Shown piece after piece: positions 1-10,279 of a stretch of DNA of 64,000 bases (position 1 is the stretch's first letter; each line of letters begins with the position of its first letter). Below the pieces are notes generated by a model, which did not search any database, was not told where the DNA came from, and was given only the letters and a program-made list of their open reading frames with translations. The position numbers and the translations under genes are program-made. The DNA comes from Limnothrix sp. BL-A-16 (GTDB lineage Bacteria; Cyanobacteriota; Cyanobacteriia; CACIAM-69d). The DNA lies in contig CP166615.1 in NCBI GenBank assembly GCA_041937175.2, forward strand, positions 3,808,001 through 3,872,000, read 5' to 3'.

Positions 1-66
1 CTGGCCTTTGGGTTAATTGCTAGCGCCACGGTGACGATTTTGATTACTTCGATCGTGCGGCGATAG
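1..66 (+). CDS. 3' end of a partial ORF ending in a hydrophobic segment (LAFGLIASATVTILITSIVRR*)
   Basis: Open frame from base 1 to TAG at 64-66; TM-like C-terminus; truncated by the window edge. Confidence 0.4.
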   Translation: MAFGLIASATVTILITSIVRR

Positions 67-152
67 ATCAACAATGACGATGCCATTGATCGGCTGGCAA
101 TGGTTATTTGACCACTTCCTTATCAGGGAAATTCCACTCAGAGGTATTGAAA

Positions 153-1862
153 ATGCCCTACAGAATCGATCGCCACACCTATGCTGAAACCTATGGGCCA
201 ACGACGGGCGATCGCCTGCGATTGGCCGACACGGAATTGCTGATTGAAGTCGAAAAAGACCTGACGGTTTATGGCGATGAAGTGAAATTTGGTGGCGGCA
301 AAACGATTCGGGATGGGATGGGTCAATCGCCGATTACTAATAGTAACGGTGCGATGGATACGGTGATTACCAATGCCGTGATCCTCGATTGGTGGGGCGT
401 AATCAAAGCTGATATTGGCATCAAAAACGGCAAAATCGCGGCGATCGGGAAGGCCGGTAACCCCTACACCCAAGCGGGCGTAGACATCATCATCGGCCCC
501 GGCACGGAAATCATTGCGGGCGAAGGGGCGATCGTCACGGCCGGCGGCATTGACACCCACATCCATTTCATCTGTCCCCAACAAATCGAAACGGCCCTAG
601 CCGCCGGGATTACCACGATGATCGGCGGTGGCACGGGCCCCGCCGCTGGCACCAACGCCACCACCTGCACCCCCGGCCCCTGGCACATGGCCCGGATGTT
701 GGAAGCGGCGGAAGCTTTCCCGATGAATTTGGGCTTTTTGGGTAAGGGCAACAGCGGTCAACCAGAGGGGCTGATTGAACAGGTGAAGGCCGGGGCGATC
801 GGGCTGAAGCTGCATGAAGACTGGGGCACCACACCCGCCGCGATCGATACCTGCCTGAGCGTCGCTGAAGACTATGACATCCAGGTGGCGATCCACTCGG
901 ACACCTTAAACGAAGGGGGATTCGTGGAAGCAACCGTGGCCGCCTTCAAGGGCCGCACGATCCACACCTTCCACACCGAAGGCGCGGGCGGCGGCCATGC
1001 GCCGGACATCATCAAGGTCTGCGGCTTGCCCAACGTGCTGCCTTCCTCGACGAATCCGACGCGCCCCTACACGGTGAACACGATCGAGGAGCACCTCGAT
1101 ATGTTGATGGTCTGCCACCACCTCGATCGGGCGATTCCCGAGGATGTGGCTTTCGCCGAGTCGCGGATTCGCCGGGAAACGATCGCCGCCGAAGACATCC
1201 TGCACGACCTGGGGGCGATCGCCATGATGTCGTCGGATTCCCAAGCCATGGGCCGGATTGGCGAAAGCATCATCCGCACCTGGCAAACGGCCCACAAGAT
1301 GAAGGTGCAGCGCGGCTCCCTGCCCCAAGACCCGGCCCGCCACGACAACACCCGCGCCAAACGCTACATCGCCAAATACACGATCAACCCGGCGATCGCC
1401 CACGGGATCGCCAACCATGTGGGGTCGATCGAACCGGGCAAACTGGCGGATCTGTGCCTTTGGAAACCGGCATTTTTTGGCGTGAAACCGGAACTCGTGA
1501 TCAAGGGCGGGGCGATCGCCTGGGCCCAAATGGGCGATGCCAACGCCAGCATTCCCACGCCGCAACCGGTGCATGGCCGTCCGATGTTCGCCAGCTTCGG
1601 TAAAGTGATCCACAGCACCAGCCTCACGTTCGTCTCGAAAGCCGCCCTCAAGGCCGGGGTTCCCGAAAAACTCGGTCTCCAGCGACAGGTTGTGGCCGTG
1701 TCGGGGATTCGATCGATCCGCAAATCCGACATGAAACTGAACGATGCTTGCCCGACGATCGAGGTGGATCCGCAAACCTACGAAGTGTTTGCCGACGGTC
1801 AATTATTAACCTGTGAACCCGCCGCCATTCTGCCCATGGCCCAGCGATATTTCCTGTTCTAG
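153..1862 (+). CDS. ureC: Urease subunit alpha
   Basis: YGPTTGD N-terminus, [37 protein letters not shown]-terminal [11 protein letters not shown] at 153 chosen over the track start at 108. Confidence 0.98.
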   Translation: MPYRIDRHTYAETYGPTTGDRLRLADTELLIEVEKDLTVYGDEVKFGGGKTIRDGMGQSPITNSNGAMDTVITNAVILDWWGVIKADIGIKNGKIAAIGKAGNPYTQAGVDIIIGPGTEIIAGEGAIVTAGGIDTHIHFICPQQIETALAAGITTMIGGGTGPAAGTNATTCTPGPWHMARMLEAAEAFPMNLGFLGKGNSGQPEGLIEQVKAGAIGLKLHEDWGTTPAAIDTCLSVAEDYDIQVAIHSDTLNEGGFVEATVAAFKGRTIHTFHTEGAGGGHAPDIIKVCGLPNVLPSSTNPTRPYTVNTIEEHLDMLMVCHHLDRAIPEDVAFAESRIRRETIAAEDILHDLGAIAMMSSDSQAMGRIGESIIRTWQTAHKMKVQRGSLPQDPARHDNTRAKRYIAKYTINPAIAHGIANHVGSIEPGKLADLCLWKPAFFGVKPELVIKGGAIAWAQMGDANASIPTPQPVHGRPMFASFGKVIHSTSLTFVSKAALKAGVPEKLGLQRQVVAVSGIRSIRKSDMKLNDACPTIEVDPQTYEVFADGQLLTCEPAAILPMAQRYFLF

Positions 1863-2169
1863 CCTGTTCTAGATCGCTTGAGGGATGGCCGTTTGCTTCA
1901 GAGGCCGGTTTGGGATGCTCGGTTGAACCCGCTGGCCCCGTCGGGCGATTGTTTGATTTCTGTACGAATTTTTGCTAAATTGGAGAAGCTCTTTCGTCTT
2001 GAGGGTTTTCGGGATGGCCGCCGCCTCCGTTGCGACTCCAGTTCCTCCTACAATAGAAGCCGCTTCGATCGCTCCCCTAGCAGGCACCCCGGCCGATCAG
2101 GGCTTGCCGGAGCCGGCCACGGTGCGATCGGGCAGTAAATCTTCCATCACCGTTGACCCCCAGGCGACT

Positions 2170-3369
2170 ATGGCTTCCAACGCATCCGCAAATTCTGACC
2201 CCACGGCGAAGACGGCCACCGCCAAGGAATCCGCCAGCAGCGCCAAAGGATCCAAGGACGCTAAGGAATCGGCTAAGGAATCGGCCAAAGAGAGCGCCGC
2301 CAAAGAAGGGCCCACCAAGGAAATTAGCAAGGAAAAGGAAAAAGCCCTGGGGCTGGTGGTTCAGCAAATTGAACGCAGCTTTGGCAAAGGGGCGATCGTC
2401 CGGTTGGGAGATGCGGCCCGAATGCGGGTGGAAACCATCCCCAGCGGGGCCTTGACCTTGGATTTGGCCCTGGGCGGTGGCATTCCCAAGGGCCGCGTGG
2501 TGGAAATTTATGGCCCTGAAAGTTCCGGGAAAACGACCCTAGCACTCCATGCGATCGCGGAGGTGCAGCGATCGGGCGGCATTGCGGCCTTTGTGGATGC
2601 AGAACACGCCTTGGATCCGGTTTATGCCAAGGCCCTTGGGGTGGATATTGATAATCTGCTGGTTTCCCAACCGGACACGGGGGAAATGGGTCTGGAGGTG
2701 GTGGATCAACTGGTGCGATCGGGGGCGATCGATCTGGTGGTGGTGGACTCGGTGGCCGCCTTGGTTCCCCGATCGGAAATTGAAGGAGAAATGGGCGCGG
2801 CCCAAGTGGGCAGCCAAGCCCGCCTCATGAGCCATGCCCTGCGGCGCATCACCGGCAACATCGGAAAATCAGGATGCACGGTGATTTTCCTGAACCAATT
2901 GCGCCAAAAAATTGGAGTCACCTACGGCAGCCCGGAAACCACCACGGGCGGAAATGCCCTCAAGTTCTATGCATCGGTGCGCTTGGACATTCGCCGCATT
3001 CAAACCCTGAAGAAGGGAACTGAAGAATTTGGGATTCGGGCCAAGGTCAAAGTCGCCAAAAACAAAGTCGCACCGCCGTTCCGGATCGCAGAATTTGACA
3101 TCATCTTTGGCGAAGGCATTTCCTCGATCGGCTGCTTAGTGGACTTGGCTGAATCCACCGGAATTTTGGTGCGCAAGGGAGCTTGGTATAGCTACAAGGG
3201 CGAAAACATCAGCCAAGGGCGTGACAACGCTATTCAATACCTGAAGGAAAATCCGGCGATCGCGGCAGAAATGGAGTTGGCCGTGCGCCAAAAGCTGGAA
3301 GAAGCGGGGGCAATTACTGGGGGATCCACTGACGATTTGGATGAAGCAGATCTGAGCGAAGCGTTCTAG
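2170..3369 (+). CDS. recA: Recombinase RecA with a low-complexity N-terminal extension
   Basis: Walker [44 protein letters not shown]; start placed at ATG 2170 (uncertain). Confidence 0.97.
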   Translation: MASNASANSDPTAKTATAKESASSAKGSKDAKESAKESAKESAAKEGPTKEISKEKEKALGLVVQQIERSFGKGAIVRLGDAARMRVETIPSGALTLDLALGGGIPKGRVVEIYGPESSGKTTLALHAIAEVQRSGGIAAFVDAEHALDPVYAKALGVDIDNLLVSQPDTGEMGLEVVDQLVRSGAIDLVVVDSVAALVPRSEIEGEMGAAQVGSQARLMSHALRRITGNIGKSGCTVIFLNQLRQKIGVTYGSPETTTGGNALKFYASVRLDIRRIQTLKKGTEEFGIRAKVKVAKNKVAPPFRIAEFDIIFGEGISSIGCLVDLAESTGILVRKGAWYSYKGENISQGRDNAIQYLKENPAIAAEMELAVRQKLEEAGAITGGSTDDLDEADLSEAF

Positions 3370-3617
3370 GACAAATCTCGGGACACTCAAAATTTGGGGA
3401 CACTCGATCGAGCGGAATCGACAAGTCGAGCTGAGTTAAACCCAACCAGACCAAACCCTAAACAGCGGTAACCCCAATCATCAGTTAAGCGGCCAGCTCC
3501 CTCATTCAGTTGGGGAGGTGGCTGTTTTGGTCAGCTTTGTAGTTTGGGCTAGCGGCTGGGTTGAGGGCCTGGGGGACAAAATCCCGGGGATTGAATCCCT
3601 GAACTGAGACCGAGAGC

Positions 3618-3884
3618 CTAGGCGTAGGATAAATCGCGGGTGGTGCAGGCCGGGGTGATTGAGTCAGCCACCGCCGCGATCGTGAAATTTTGCTGACCCA
3701 ATAACCGTTCACGGGACTCTTGGCGCAAGCTGCCTGACAAAAACGCCCGCTGAAGGGCCATAAACGCCTCGAAGTCATCGGGGCCATATTTCCCGCGCAT
3801 CAGTTGGCGCAGGGCTTCTTCTGCCTCGATCGACAGGTATTGATCAGCTAACGCTTCGGACACAATCTCGCGAATGGAAGTCAT
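3618..3884 (-). CDS. Small conserved-type cyanobacterial hypothetical protein
   Basis: MTSIREIVSEALADQYLSIEAEEALRQLM...AFMALQRA...RQESRE pattern recalled from small cyanobacterial proteins. Confidence 0.7.
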   Translation of the reverse strand: MTSIREIVSEALADQYLSIEAEEALRQLMRGKYGPDDFEAFMALQRAFLSGSLRQESRERLLGQQNFTIAAVADSITPACTTRDLSYA

Positions 3885-4892
3885 GTTGCTTTGAGACCTA
3901 CTCAACGACTGCAAGGATCTGGGAAGTTTCCGGTTGCCACAGTTTTTAGTATCGGGGGAAAGCCTAATCAGCGAAGTGACCGATCGCTGACCCCGCATGG
4001 ATCTTGAGCGTCATCCCCTGAGATCAAAACAGGGCTTGGGTGCGATCGCCGTCACAGGGTGAGACCCCCTCCCCCAATGGACTGACCAGCCCGTGAATTC
4101 AGCTAGGCTGGCATTCAGTCACGGCCGATCGAGACCCATCGAAACCAAAGCCCACAACCAAGACTGATGCTAGGTTGCTGGTTTGTGGAGTGATTGAGCG
4201 AGCGTGCATCTAAGGCCCATGGCTGAGTGCGCTCCTGACCGCAGCCATGAGCCTTGATTCCCGTGCCGAGGGCCAGAGGGTCGATCGCGATCGCAGCCTT
4301 GTTTCAACAACGGCTCAGGTTCCGGAGCGAAGCCTTTTCTCCGCCCAACTTGCGCAACCGGTAACAATTACGGACGAAAACAGGAAGGAAAACGACGCAG
4401 GGAGACTAAGGAGAACCTAATTGAGATGCGTAGAAGCTAAGAGTCGATCGAGTAGTGGCAAGGCAAGAGAGAGTGCTCAAGGCTGAGGAAAGTGAAAAAA
4501 ACAGCAATCAACCGTTTTTCAAGTTGATTTAGGCAAATTCCTCAAATTTTTTGCCAAATTTGCTGAACCCTGACGAACTGTGTTCCCAAAAAGTTTCTTA
4601 GGAAAAAGTTCCTTGGGCAGTGCAACTTAATCGGGTCGCCATGGAAATGGTAGCAATCGAGCGCAATCGTCGGATCTCAGTTTAGCGACCCGTTTCCGGA
4701 TTTGGGTGTGGTGATCATCACTTTTTGGCGGGTTTTGTCTGGCGGGGTCTGGCTGAGCCGGGTGAATGGAGACCTGGGCGGGGCGATCGCCTAAACATCG
4801 CTTCGGGCTTGGCGCATGGGGAGCAATGGCTAGCTGTTGCCATGGATTGGCAAGGGCTGGCGGTTTTTGCGGCTCAAGGCCGGGGTTGGGGG

Positions 4893-6341
4893 CTAAAGAG
4901 CGCACCGATAGGCCAATGCGGCGGCGGTGGCATTGTTGGAGCCGATCGCCAAGTCACCAATCAAGCGCCAAAGATCGGGGCGGTGGGGCAAGGCCAAGCC
5001 GCCCACCGGGGGATGATGCAGCCGATCGAGCCAAACGGCCATGGCTTGCGACATTCCCTGTTGTTTCCCCTGTTCTTCCAAAATGGTCAAAAGATTCGCA
5101 ATGGGTTCGTGCCAGTAGGTATCCTTTTCCAGGGCTTGCAGATAGGCCACCAGGGGTTCCAAGTCGTAGCCAGTGCCGATGGGTACGGTTTTGAGGGCAA
5201 AGCCAGGGTGACTGTGGCCAAAGACCTGTACTAGCGATCGGGTCAAGGGCCCATAGTGCGCCAAGTCTTGATCACTAAACTCCGGCTGGCGCTGGGCCCA
5301 AATTTCCGCCAGGGTGAGATAGGGAGCCGCCACTTGGGGAGCCAACCCGATCGCCCGTTCGCAGAGTTGCTGGGCCGCGTCCCATTGGTGCGATCGCGCC
5401 AAGGCCCAAGCCAAGGCATCCAAGAGCAGCGGATCCGTTGTGGCCTCGGCCGCCCGTTGCCAGGGAGCTGTGAGGGGTTGCCAATCGCGAACTTTGCGCA
5501 AAAAAAGCTGATAGCCGCTGAAAACCACCTCAAAACAGTGGGTAAACAGCAACATAAACAAATCCACACCGAATTGTGGGCAATCCTCCGGCAACCCCAC
5601 ATAGCGATAATCATCAATCACCACCAGCCCACCCACCTTTACCAGGGGCCAGGTCATGACAGCATCGCGAAAGGCCACCCAAGGCGCATGGCAACCGTCG
5701 ATGTAGGCTAAATCGTAGTGATCAACCGGCAGTTGGGCCAGGGCTTCCCAAGAGAGCTGAGACAGAAGGGTGACCTGCGGGGCCCGACCGGTGCGATCGA
5801 GATTGTCCCGCAGGCTGGGACGAATTTCCGGTTCAATGCAGGTGAGCCTTGCTTCGGGATTCAGCAGGACGCGATCGAGCAGCCAGCAGGCAGACATCCC
5901 TTCAAAGCTGCCAATTTCCAAAGCCTGGATCGGCCCCCGATCGGCCAAGGGCTGCACCCAGTTCACCCAGTTGGGCAATTGATTGGAAAACCAGTCTCGG
6001 GAAAACCAATAGCCCCGATCGCCACTTTCGGGCCAGTTCCGCAGGCGATGGGCCTTGGCAAAGCAGGTTTGCGCCTCTGGAAGCTGATCACGACTGACCA
6101 ACAGGGTTCCCAAATCCGTCCAGGCCTCGGGCATGGTGGGGTGTTGTCGGGTGAGGCGACGCAGCAGGGTTTCCGCCCAATCCCACTGGCCCGCCTGCTG
6201 GAACAGTTCGCCCCAACGGCGATGTTCTTGGGGTTTTAGGAAGTCGGTGGCCTGCAAATACAACTGACCGGCGCGATCGACCTGGCCCGCTGCGATCGCC
6301 GCTTGGGCCTGCTCAAAGCAAGAAACAACAAAATCCGTCAT
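4893..6341 (-). CDS. TPR-repeat protein with a class I SAM-dependent methyltransferase (Methyltransf_24-like) domain
   Basis: ALEIGSFEGMSACWL, YIDGCH, VIDDY motifs flanked by TPR-like helices; start may be 6341 or 6389. Confidence 0.85.
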   Translation of the reverse strand: MTDFVVSCFEQAQAAIAAGQVDRAGQLYLQATDFLKPQEHRRWGELFQQAGQWDWAETLLRRLTRQHPTMPEAWTDLGTLLVSRDQLPEAQTCFAKAHRLRNWPESGDRGYWFSRDWFSNQLPNWVNWVQPLADRGPIQALEIGSFEGMSACWLLDRVLLNPEARLTCIEPEIRPSLRDNLDRTGRAPQVTLLSQLSWEALAQLPVDHYDLAYIDGCHAPWVAFRDAVMTWPLVKVGGLVVIDDYRYVGLPEDCPQFGVDLFMLLFTHCFEVVFSGYQLFLRKVRDWQPLTAPWQRAAEATTDPLLLDALAWALARSHQWDAAQQLCERAIGLAPQVAAPYLTLAEIWAQRQPEFSDQDLAHYGPLTRSLVQVFGHSHPGFALKTVPIGTGYDLEPLVAYLQALEKDTYWHEPIANLLTILEEQGKQQGMSQAMAVWLDRLHHPPVGGLALPHRPDLWRLIGDLAIGSNNATAAALAYRCAL

Positions 6342-6377
6342 GGGAAACCATCCGTAAAAACCGCGAGCCAGAGATAG

Positions 6378-6404
6378 CAAAACTGGCATTGCAGCAATGC
6401 CAGT
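6378..6404 (-). terminator. Hairpin, probable intrinsic terminator downstream of the EndoU gene
   Basis: ACTGGCATTGC-A-GCAATGCCAGT inverted repeat followed by a short T run on the minus strand. Confidence 0.45.
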
Positions 6405-6428
6405 GCTGTACTGTCAGTGCTGCAATGC

Positions 6429-6485
6429 GAATCATCATGCTCCCGGGAAATGATCAGGCTTCCGGAGAATCATGATGCTCCCGGG
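6429..6485. repeat. Three tandem 19-bp degenerate repeats
   Basis: GAATCATCATGCTCCCGGG / AAATGATCAGGCTTCCGGA / GAATCATGATGCTCCCGGG. Confidence 0.7.
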
Positions 6486-6493
6486 CCTGTAAC

Positions 6494-7231
6494 CTAGCGC
6501 AGGGGAAAAGCCGTGTTGATTTGATTGCGCCCCCGCACAAATGCCCCTGCAATTACAAACCGCTGCCCATCGTTGGCCTCGCAAAACCGGCTGGCTTGGG
6601 CGATCGGGGAATTTTCCGCCGCCGAAGGATCCTTAGGAAGCGCCAAGGCGGTTGCCCCAGGCGCAGCGGGCATGAGTTGAGTAACCGGCGCAACGGCCGC
6701 TTGGGCCGAGGTCGATCGGTTGCCAGGCCGGTTATAACCGCACCAAGCCCAATCGGGCGCGCCCCCTGGGCAACTAATTTGATTACGAGCCGCATAGCGG
6801 ATCGATTCCAACACCTGGGCTTGGGAGCAGCGATCGGGAAACATCGTAGAAAACTTTTCCCGACTGGGATCGGCCCCATGGCTCCAGCGCACCCCATAGA
6901 TCCCTCGCCGGTTGGGGGGTTGGGTCACTTGAAACCGGGCCACCGTGCGGGGATTGGTGCCGCCCGGTCGGGAATGGAACCCCTTGGGCCGACCGTTGCT
7001 AAATTCACCACAAAAAATATGGGGTTGGTTCACCTGGGGGCCGCTGGCAAAGTTGCTCCAATGGGGCAGGCGATCGCAGTTCACCAGCTTGGGGGCTGCG
7101 GTTTGGCCCTCGGGAACCGCCAGCGCCAGGGCCACAATGCCCGCCAACACCAGACTCCAGCGCGATCGCCTGCGGTAAGCCGGGGAGGAGGCAGTTTTCC
7201 CGATCGTTGGCTGATTCAACGGCTGAGTCAT
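6494..7231 (-). CDS. Putatively secreted bacterial EndoU-domain ribonuclease
   Basis: HIFCGE...KGFH...KFSTMFP (His/His/Lys) and C-terminal INTAFP; N-terminal basic stretch plus hydrophobic signal-like segment. Confidence 0.8.
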   Translation of the reverse strand: MTQPLNQPTIGKTASSPAYRRRSRWSLVLAGIVALALAVPEGQTAAPKLVNCDRLPHWSNFASGPQVNQPHIFCGEFSNGRPKGFHSRPGGTNPRTVARFQVTQPPNRRGIYGVRWSHGADPSREKFSTMFPDRCSQAQVLESIRYAARNQISCPGGAPDWAWCGYNRPGNRSTSAQAAVAPVTQLMPAAPGATALALPKDPSAAENSPIAQASRFCEANDGQRFVIAGAFVRGRNQINTAFPLR

Positions 7232-7740
7232 GTTGGTGTTGTCTGTGTTGTCTGTATTGATTGTTGGTGTGGTTGCTATGCCGGTGACTGTTTTTCGCTG
7301 GACTTGTGCCGAATTTTCGGCCGGGTTTCGACGGGTTCCCGCTGCGCTTCTGCTCTGTTATTGCCGTCTTTGTGCTGCTTTCCTGACTTTTGCCATATTT
7401 CTATTTCGCTTTTCTATCTGGCCCCATGGCTGAATGTTGAGGGTGGTGTTCAAGATTTTCAAGCGATCGAGGTTTCAAGCCATGATCTTTGGCATCTTTG
7501 AGATGGCTAATTCCTCGGGGCCAACGCTCTGTTCACCAATTACTCATCAACTATTGGAGCGTTCTCGGGGCCAGGCGTTCAGAATTTTGGGCCCGATCAG
7601 CATCACGATCGGTGTTTTCGATATTTTTCGATATTTATCGAAAAACGAGGAGTCATCGGTTCGGGGCAAGATTTCCAGCCGTTGATTAACCCCTTGCTCA
7701 ACCAGCTCTTGCTACACAAGCTAAAGACCCGAACAGAGGA

Positions 7741-7813
7741 CGGGTGCGGCAGGACTCGAACCTGCGACCGGCCGCTTAGAAGGCGGCTGCTCTATCCACT
7801 GAGCTACGCACCC
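7741..7813 (-). tRNA. trnR-UCU: tRNA-Arg (anticodon TCT)
   Basis: Reverse complement GGGTGCGTAGCTCAGTGGATAGAGCAGCCGCCT-TCT-AAGCGGCCGGTCGCAGGTTCGAGTCCTGCCGCACCCG folds as a cloverleaf; CCA not encoded. Confidence 0.97.
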
Positions 7814-8420
7814 AGACTGAGATTTGTAGAGAGTTCCGTGAAAATTCCCACACGTGATCCGGGGAAAATTCATCGACGGAAGTTCCCAGGGCCTTGAGAA
7901 AACCATTGCTTCTCCTGATTGCAGCAGTTCGCCAACGAATGCTGTCATCAGGGCGCTTCCGGCTCGATCGCGGCGGTGTGGGTTTCATCCGCGACTCAGG
8001 ATGACACGCCCGGACTGGCCGCCTTTCAAGGTTTACGAATTGTATCGAGTTAACCTAACCCCAAGCAAGGCCGTTGAGGAGGTTGATGGGAGTGATCAAC
8101 CCACCCTCAGAACATCCATTCAGAGGCAATTCCGCCAAGAGCCAGTTTTTAGAAGGTCGCGGGGTACACTTGAGAGACCAAAGTTGATTTTCGACCCTAG
8201 ATCCCCCAATAGCTCTACGCTAAGGGCCCTGGGCTAGAATGATGCCCAGCGCAGGCTCAGTTCACCGGTTGGGAAAGCTGTCTATGCAGCCCTCACGACC
8301 CTGCTGGGGCTAGCTTCTGGAGCAGCTCTGGTTGATCGACTGCATGAGTTCAAGCTAGATCGGCCCTGTGGCCTCTGGTTTGAATGGCGTAGCTCCAAGC
8401 ATGAGTTCTTTGAATAACGC

Positions 8421-9089
8421 ATGTTTATTCTGAAGCGGCAAGACGTGGACATTTCCAACGTCCGGCATCCCGAAAAAGATCAGCAAATTCCGATCCTGAG
8501 CTATCAGGGTCAAACATTCACGTTGCTGAATGTCTTTGGCGCAAATCAGGCGGAAGAGGCGCGGGCCTTGTGGCGAGATCTGACGGATAACCGAGGGAAA
8601 GCTTGCGTCCTGCTGGAAGAGCCGGATCGGTTCAGTGTGTGGGGCAAGGTGCGGCTCGATCGCCTGGGAGTAGCGGATGCTGGCGCAGGCGACAGTGGGG
8701 CGGCGAAATCGTCCTATGTGCTGGCGGGGATGCTGCTGCTCCAGGCGGTGTACTTCGATATTGAAGATTTGCTGGGAGAACGCCAGGGCGCGAAGTTTCG
8801 CCAGGAAATTGGCGAGGTGTTCAAGCGGCTCCAGTTTCCAGGGCTGGACAACCAGGCAGCCGTGAGCAACATTTTGGAAGTGAACCCCTTTGAAACGGCC
8901 TTGCCGCCCTGGCAAGAATTGCAAATCGTGGGGTTGCTACAGGAACTGCACACGCTGGGTAAAGGCTATTTTGGCAATACCAATTTCACCAGCCGAGCGT
9001 TTGATGCGTTGCAGGAGATGGATGCGGGCGAGCGTTCGGAATTTATGGACTGGCTGGGGCGATCGCCCGCGGCCAAGCTCTGGCGCTAG
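8421..9089 (+). CDS. Conserved cyanobacterial protein (Npun_F0813-like family)
   Basis: N-terminus MFILKRQDVDI...QIPILSYQGQTF...ARALWRDLTDNRGKACVLLEEP. Confidence 0.8.
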   Translation: MFILKRQDVDISNVRHPEKDQQIPILSYQGQTFTLLNVFGANQAEEARALWRDLTDNRGKACVLLEEPDRFSVWGKVRLDRLGVADAGAGDSGAAKSSYVLAGMLLLQAVYFDIEDLLGERQGAKFRQEIGEVFKRLQFPGLDNQAAVSNILEVNPFETALPPWQELQIVGLLQELHTLGKGYFGNTNFTSRAFDALQEMDAGERSEFMDWLGRSPAAKLWR

Positions 9090-9273
9090 CCTTGGGCGGC
9101 GCTAAACCGAATGGCCATGGCCGTCTGGGGCAATGGGGGCGATCGAATGCCCAACTGCAATCGACGGCTCCAAGCTCAGGGATGTTGGGCGATCCATCCC
9201 CGATCTGCGGTGGTCTGTATCCCTCATGAGATCGTCACCTCCTGGTTTTTAGAACCTTTTGAAGCCAACCCCT

Positions 9274-10185
9274 ATGACTAAGACTGCGAGCGAATCGCCA
9301 AAACTGTTTTCATCGCGCAACCTAATTATCGGGGCTGTTTCTTGGTCTCTGGTTGCCTTGGCGGTGTTTCTGTTTTTCAGTGTGACTCCGTCGGGGGAAA
9401 CCCTACCCCAGTGGTACAGCATTGCCACTTCAGTGTTGGAAACAACGTCCTATCTGTGGGCGGCGCTGGTGTGCTTTCGGAACTGGCGCAGCAACCAAAT
9501 CCTCAGTGGCCGGACGGTTTGGTTACTGATTGGGTTGGGAATGCTTTGCTATGGCTTGGGCAACTTACTGTTTAGCTATTGGGAAATTGGTCTGGGGATT
9601 GAGCCGGATGTGAGTCCCGGTGACCTGTTCTACATTGTGACCTATGCGTCGCTGGCGATCGGGCTGTTGTTGGCGGTGTTACCCCGGCGTTTGAATTTGG
9701 AACTGTGGCAGTGGCTGACGATCGGGGGCATCGGTCTGGCAGGTACTGCCTTTGCCTTCTCGCCGTTGGTTTTGGGGGAGGCCGCTTGCCCGGAACGCAC
9801 CGCCGAGGCCGTGGCCAATGTGCCGGCCTGGGCTGAACAGATTCAAGGGGCCCTCACGCCAATTTCAGACTATATTTTGCCGGTCTATACCGTTGGCGAT
9901 ATTGTGCTGCTGGTGTTGGCTTCGGCGCTGTTGTTGGCCTTTTGGGGCGGGCGATCGGCCCAATCTTGGCGGATGATTGCGGCGGCCTCCATTTCGCTTT
10001 ACATTGCGGATATGTGGTTCAAGTACGCCACGGCCAACATTTGCAACTATGAAAGCGGTAGTTTGCTGGAGGTGTTCTGGATCTTCAGCGGCGTGCTGTT
10101 TGGCATCGGTGCCGTGTTGGAGTACGATCTTTCGACGCGATCGCGCCGTAGTGCCCGTCGGCGCTCATCGGGAGCGGCTAACTAG
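9274..10185 (+). CDS. Multi-pass membrane protein of a conserved cyanobacterial type
   Basis: About 8 hydrophobic segments; EPDVSPGDLFY and WGGRSAQSWRMI motifs. Confidence 0.8.
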   Translation: MTKTASESPKLFSSRNLIIGAVSWSLVALAVFLFFSVTPSGETLPQWYSIATSVLETTSYLWAALVCFRNWRSNQILSGRTVWLLIGLGMLCYGLGNLLFSYWEIGLGIEPDVSPGDLFYIVTYASLAIGLLLAVLPRRLNLELWQWLTIGGIGLAGTAFAFSPLVLGEAACPERTAEAVANVPAWAEQIQGALTPISDYILPVYTVGDIVLLVLASALLLAFWGGRSAQSWRMIAAASISLYIADMWFKYATANICNYESGSLLEVFWIFSGVLFGIGAVLEYDLSTRSRRSARRRSSGAAN

Positions 10186-10279
10186 GGTTCAAGGTTGTCG
10201 CTGGCCCCGGGCGGTGGCGACCATCCTTTGGAAGCCCTGAACTGTCCGCAGGCATTTGCACAATTCCCCAGGTTTGGGC

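Noticed and set aside
906..1802. Long antisense or alternative-frame ORFs (here, and e.g. 6521-7501, 22743-23702, 36578-37630)
   Set aside because: Shadow frames of GC-rich genuine genes on the opposite strand
1958..1980. Possible LexA box upstream of recA (TGTACGAATTTTTG)
   Set aside because: Only the GTAC half of the cyanobacterial RGTAC-N3-DGTWC consensus is present
3890..4890. ORFs or a riboswitch in the 1-kb gap
   Set aside because: Only short ORFs with no recognisable motifs, and no RNA family pattern recognised
6429..6485. Mini CRISPR array (repeat-spacer-repeat)
   Set aside because: The apparent spacer is a degenerate copy of the repeat, the units are too short, and there are no cas genes
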